DNA of 52,339 bases from an uncultured Bacteroidia bacterium. Lineage in GTDB: Bacteria > Bacteroidota > Bacteroidia > JACCXN01. The DNA is taken from the NCBI GenBank assembly GCA_937995645.1, contig CALKJP010000068.1, forward strand, positions 1 to 52,339, in the 5' to 3' direction. Made by a program: the position numbers and the translations under genes. Of this stretch, positions 48,490-52,339 are shown piece by piece; the stretch's first letter is position 1, and each line of letters opens with the position of its first letter. The notes beneath the pieces were generated by a model. It saw only the letters and a list, made by a program, of their open reading frames with translations, did no database searches and was not told where the DNA came from.

Positions 48490-48796
48490 TGATATATCTT
48501 TAGAAAAAACACTTTCAAAAATTGATGATTTAGCTTTGCAACATAATCAAGCAGAAGAAGCATGGTTATTTGAAGACCTGGAATTAAACGCCATTAAAGT
48601 AATCGCTGATTATTGCAGATATAATAATCTTGCAGAAGTTGCCGGTAAAATTGATGAGCTATTTATTAAAGCTGATGAAGATTTAGATGCTTACGAAGAA
48701 TTATTTGCTTTAATTGAGAATACAGAAAATACGTTTACTGTAGATAATTCATATAAACAATTAAGAGATTATTTAATTCAAAAATTTTGGCCATAA
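48467..48796 (+). CDS. small very acidic hypothetical protein (109 aa)
   Basis: Starts MKENNHNN. Rich in D/E (AEEAWLFEDLELN..., DEDLDAYEELFALIENTEN). The stop is 3 nt before the next ATG. The start is uncertain (48452 or 48467). Confidence 0.5.
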   Translation: MKENNHNNDISLEKTLSKIDDLALQHNQAEEAWLFEDLELNAIKVIADYCRYNNLAEVAGKIDELFIKADEDLDAYEELFALIENTENTFTVDNSYKQLRDYLIQKFWP

Positions 48797-48799
48797 ACT

Positions 48800-50854
48800 A
48801 TGACTAAGCTACTTTCAAAATCTAAATATAAGCTTGCAACATCTTGCCCAACTAAGTTATATTACGCAACATTTCCTAAAATTTATCCCAATAGCAACAG
48901 CGATAACGATTTTTTACAAGCATTAGCAGAAGGCGGTTATCAAATTGGTAAGTTAGCAACCTTTAAGTTTAGTTTTTTTGATAAAATATACTCCATTGAA
49001 ACGCTTGATACTAAAGAAGCATTAAAATTAACCAATGAAGCATTAAAGCATGAAAAAGTAATTATATACGAAGCCGCTTTTGTTTTTGAAAATTTACTGG
49101 TAAGAGTGGATGTACTGGTAAAAAAAGGCAATCAGATTACTTTATATGAAGTAAAAGCTAAAAGCTATTCTGAAGATGATGCCGGTTTTATTAATAAAAG
49201 CAAAGGGAATATTAACCCCAAATGGGAACCCTATTTATTTGATATTGCTTACCAAAAATGGGTAGTTTCAAAAGTTTTACCCGAGTATAATTTAAGTGCT
49301 TATTTAACTCTGGTTAACAAAGACCATAAATCTTCGAAAGAGAGCTTAAATAAACTTTTTAAAATAAAAAGAGATATAATAAAGGATGTAGAAAACCCGG
49401 ATAATATTATTAGCAGAAGGGTATTTATTGAAACGCCCGAAAATTTAAAAACGGAAGATTTAGATTTAGACCTATTGATAAATGTAAATGTAGATGATAT
49501 AATTCAGGATATATGGAATAAGAAGCATACCATTGATTTTAAAAATAATCAACTCAATATGCATAGCTACGAGAAGCAACTAAAATTCCTTTCAGAAGCT
49601 TTAATTACAGGTGAAAAAATTGAAGCCACTATAACTTCAAAATGTAAGAGTTGTGAGTTTTATAAATCTCCTTCTGATTTAAAAGAAAATGAAAAAAGCG
49701 GAAGATGGGAGTGTATTAAAAAAGCTTGGAATTTAAAGGATGAACAACAAAGCGAACAATTGCTTTTTAATTTATATAATGGTTTTAGAGGAGAAACGTT
49801 TTTCGAATTATTAAGTCAGAAAAAATATTTTTTAAAGGATGTCTCAGAAGATGATTTACTAAATAAAAATGAGCAAAAACAAAAAGAGAAAGGAGAAGAA
49901 TTACATGATGTGTTTTCATTTACTAATACCGAAAGAAGGGTAACACAATGTTTGGCAGAAAAAAATAAAGACAAAACAGTATATGTTAAAAAACTTGGAC
50001 TTAAAGAGGCGTTAAACGATTTGGAATCAAAATATCCACTTCATTTTATAGATTTTGAAACCATTGCATCTGCCATACCGCATCATAAAGGATTAAGACC
50101 TTATCAAACTATTGCTTTTCAATATTCGCATCATATTTTACATAAAGATGGTCGTGTTGAGCACAAAGGCGAGTGGATTAACTTAAGCAAAGGCACATTC
50201 CCAAGCTTCGATTTTGTTAGAAATTTAAAAAACGAAGTAAACGATGGACATCCTATTTTTAGATATTCCAATCATGAAAATACAGTATTGAATGATATTG
50301 CCGATCAGTTAGAAAATTCTGCTGAAAGAGATAAAAACGAATTAATTGCCTTTATAAAATCTATTACTAACAATAAAGAAGAAAAACACAAAGGCTCCAA
50401 CAGCATGATTGATTTGTGCGATTGGATTAAAAAGTACTATTACAATCCTTTAACCAAAGGCTCAAATAGCATTAAAAAAGTCTTACCTGCTGTAATAGCT
50501 ACATCGCATTTAATAAAAGAAAAATACAGCAAGCCCTATTACAGTAATAATTTTAAAGAAGGTATTATATGGTATCAATTGGATGAAAATAAAAATCCAA
50601 TAGACCCTTACAAATTATTACCCCCATTAAAAACAAGTTTGCAAATAGATTCAGACAATGATGATTTTGAAGACAATGAAGATGGAATTAAAAATATAAA
50701 TAGTGGAGGTCCTGCCATGGCGGCCTATGCCGAAATGCAGTTTGACGATATGGATGATAGCACCTTTAACGAATACAAAAACGCCCTACTCCGCTATTGC
50801 GAATTAGACACCTTAGCCATGGTGATGATTTTTGAGCATTTGAGGGAGGTGTAA
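48800..50854 (+). CDS. two-nuclease fusion: N-terminal Cas4/RecB-like Fe-S PD-(D/E)XK domain plus C-terminal DEDDy-type RNase H-fold (DUF2779-like) domain
   Basis: N-terminus: SKSKYKLATSCPTKLYY, YEAAF, RVDVLVKKGNQITLYEVKAK (D...ExK), then CKSCEF...WEC (with the first Cys this gives a 4-Cys cluster pattern). C-terminus: HFIDFETIASAIP (DxE), YSNHENTVLNDI and YCELDTLAMVMIFEHL (Yx3D). Confidence 0.7.
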   Translation: MTKLLSKSKYKLATSCPTKLYYATFPKIYPNSNSDNDFLQALAEGGYQIGKLATFKFSFFDKIYSIETLDTKEALKLTNEALKHEKVIIYEAAFVFENLLVRVDVLVKKGNQITLYEVKAKSYSEDDAGFINKSKGNINPKWEPYLFDIAYQKWVVSKVLPEYNLSAYLTLVNKDHKSSKESLNKLFKIKRDIIKDVENPDNIISRRVFIETPENLKTEDLDLDLLINVNVDDIIQDIWNKKHTIDFKNNQLNMHSYEKQLKFLSEALITGEKIEATITSKCKSCEFYKSPSDLKENEKSGRWECIKKAWNLKDEQQSEQLLFNLYNGFRGETFFELLSQKKYFLKDVSEDDLLNKNEQKQKEKGEELHDVFSFTNTERRVTQCLAEKNKDKTVYVKKLGLKEALNDLESKYPLHFIDFETIASAIPHHKGLRPYQTIAFQYSHHILHKDGRVEHKGEWINLSKGTFPSFDFVRNLKNEVNDGHPIFRYSNHENTVLNDIADQLENSAERDKNELIAFIKSITNNKEEKHKGSNSMIDLCDWIKKYYYNPLTKGSNSIKKVLPAVIATSHLIKEKYSKPYYSNNFKEGIIWYQLDENKNPIDPYKLLPPLKTSLQIDSDNDDFEDNEDGIKNINSGGPAMAAYAEMQFDDMDDSTFNEYKNALLRYCELDTLAMVMIFEHLREV

Positions 50855-50891
50855 ACAATATCTGGGTTACAAATTATTTAAGAAATAACTT

Positions 50892-51758
50892 ATGAAAAAA
50901 GAAAATATAGAACTAAAAAGAGAAGATATAGATATGCTTAATATAATTAAAAAAGTATTCAATTCAATAAATAATAATGATTGGAATGAACTTCAAAATT
51001 TTTATAACGAATTAATTGAAAATCCTTTATTTAAAAAGAATGCCATTCCGCTTAAAGATATTGATTTTACTATTAATAAAGAAGATTTACAAAGTATTAA
51101 AACTTTTATTCAAAATAATTTTAGTTCTAATGATGGTTCTTATAAAAAACAAAATGGAGAAGATTGGACCCCGCTTGAAAAATTATTTTTTAGTGTTTTA
51201 TGGAAAAATAATCAAGTAACCAGATTTAAACATTTAATTGACGGCATTAAAAACGAATTAGAACGTTCAGAAAAAATGAACAACACACCAAATGAATACA
51301 ATGGTGATAATATACCTGGTGCTGATAATGATTATTTTGAAAGCAATTTTGTGTTTAAACAGTTTGGTAGGTTCTTAGTAAACCCTAACTGTATTCCTAT
51401 TGTAGATCAGCATGTATTGAGAGCTTTTTTATATTATAAAATTACAGATAATGTTGAAAAAAATGTTAACCTGAAATTAGATTTTCAAGATCGAGAAACT
51501 CTTCATCAATATTTAGATATAATAATTGAAGATACAGAAGAATTAACTTTAAGAAAACTACAAATAGAGGCACTAAGCAATACATTAAAGTTAAATAAAA
51601 ACAAAAAGAATTCTTACTATAAACTATATAAAGAATATTTAAAATGGTACAACAAATTAAATTTGAATTGTAAAGAATATAATAGATTAATTGATAAGAC
51701 GTTATTTTTAATTGGTAAAACTTTAAATAAGGATAAAAATGGAAGAAACAATAGGTAA
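50892..51758 (+). CDS. hypothetical protein (288 aa), no family recognised
   Basis: Long ORF on the same strand, 37 nt after the nuclease gene. It is N/K-rich with no TM helix or signal peptide. Confidence 0.5.
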   Translation: MKKENIELKREDIDMLNIIKKVFNSINNNDWNELQNFYNELIENPLFKKNAIPLKDIDFTINKEDLQSIKTFIQNNFSSNDGSYKKQNGEDWTPLEKLFFSVLWKNNQVTRFKHLIDGIKNELERSEKMNNTPNEYNGDNIPGADNDYFESNFVFKQFGRFLVNPNCIPIVDQHVLRAFLYYKITDNVEKNVNLKLDFQDRETLHQYLDIIIEDTEELTLRKLQIEALSNTLKLNKNKKNSYYKLYKEYLKWYNKLNLNCKEYNRLIDKTLFLIGKTLNKDKNGRNNR

Positions 51759-51806
51759 GTGTATTAACCATTTTTAAGCATAAAAATATTGGAAATTTGA
51801 TAAGAA

Positions 51807-52339
51807 ATGAAAAAGTATATAACAAATTTTCATTATAATTTGAACTAGCACTTTGGTTAAGAGATAAAGGATTTGATGTATATTTTGAAAAAAATATTAA
51901 TACTTTAATAAGTAATAAATCGATAGAAGTTTATTCTATTAAAAAAGAAATAGACTTATCAATTAAAAAAATAATAAATGGATTGCATTTATCGAATTAA
52001 AATTTCCTATACATGGTAAAGTTCCTGAGACAGTTTTTGATATAGTTAAAGATTTAGAACTTACGAACAATATACATTGTATGTTTAATAATCAAGGAGA
52101 GGGTGATTCTCTATCTTTTTACCAAATAAAAGTAACAAATGATGTAAAGTTTTTCTCCAATTAAAAAAATGAAAAGAGAAATAACTCTAGGACCTCGAAA
52201 TATTATTCTATATTAAGAGATGAAAAGCCTATTGTAGGAGATTTTACTAAACCAACAGGTGATAATGTGTATACTATTATAGAAAAAAAATTTAACCCAA
52301 ATTTTGCAATAAGAAAACTGGTTATACATCAAAGCACTT
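51807..52339 (+). pseudogene. decayed PD-(D/E)XK-like gene (runs off the window)
   Basis: MKKYITNFHYNLN-TAG(51846)-ALWLRDKGFDVYFEKN...KEIDLSIKK, then a frameshift in an A7 run (51965..51971). It continues WIAFIELKFPIHGKVPETVFDIVKDLE...VKFFSN-TAA(52162)-KNEKR...YSILRDEKPIVGDFTKPTGDNVYTIIEKKFNPNF.... The D...ELK spacing suggests a restriction-endonuclease-like fold. Confidence 0.5.

Noticed and set aside
50892-51758. An HhH-GPD DNA glycosylase assignment for the 288-aa orphan, based on PIVDQHVLRAF resembling VDTHV.R
   Set aside because: This is a single short resemblance. There is no helix-hairpin-helix GxG motif and no catalytic Asp at the expected spacing. That is too weak to report as a call.
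46400-52339. Calling the tRNA-proximal AT-rich region a prophage or integrative element
   Set aside because: No integrase, recombinase, phage structural gene or direct repeat of the tRNA 3' end is visible within the window. I describe it only as a variable or defence-type island whose right end is not seen.

Overview
This is an AT-rich chromosomal segment that looks like Bacteroidota. The evidence is TAnnTTTG-type -7 promoter boxes, RemB/Wzi-like outer-membrane proteins, a GH3-family gene and a GGGP-synthase homologue. Most of the window is ordinary housekeeping. In order it holds: a polysaccharide/gliding-type locus (fcl fragment, two RemB-like barrels flanking a WecA/MraY-family transferase); a cytochrome c oxidase accessory operon (cyoE, two subunit-III genes, subunit IV, SCO1, DUF420); metH behind a SAM-I riboswitch; cell-wall enzymes; an ABC-F ATPase; TolC plus a membrane-fusion protein; tsaB; recQ; kpsF; GT2/DUF2304; GH3; a PolX-like protein; sppA; folK; a deoxynucleoside kinase; an OmpA-like/TPR lipoprotein; four tandem small Cys-rich lipoproteins; a PPTase-GGGPS-pnuC-nadR-like-trmH operon; ahcY; mutS; tRNA-Gly and tRNA-Leu.

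Two things stand out. (1) metH carries an 858-nt insertion that stays in frame (about 286 codons). It sits exactly in the linker between the B12 cap and the B12-binding Rossmann domain. It consists of a complete DUF559/Vsr-like endonuclease module bracketed by four copies of a 31-nt GC-rich palindromic unit, and it shows no intein signatures. (2) Immediately 3' of tRNA-Leu the sequence becomes visibly more AT-rich. There it encodes a tight same-strand operon: a classical-AAA ATPase with a large unassigned N-terminus, two small very acidic proteins, a 684-aa fusion of a Cas4-like Fe-S PD-(D/E)XK nuclease to a DEDDy/RNase H-fold (DUF2779-like) domain, and a 288-aa orphan. A decayed PD-(D/E)XK-like gene follows. 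I could not match this operon to any named defence system, and it is my best candidate for an undescribed system.

All calls come from reading the supplied translations and sequence by eye. No searches, GC calculations or folding programs were run.
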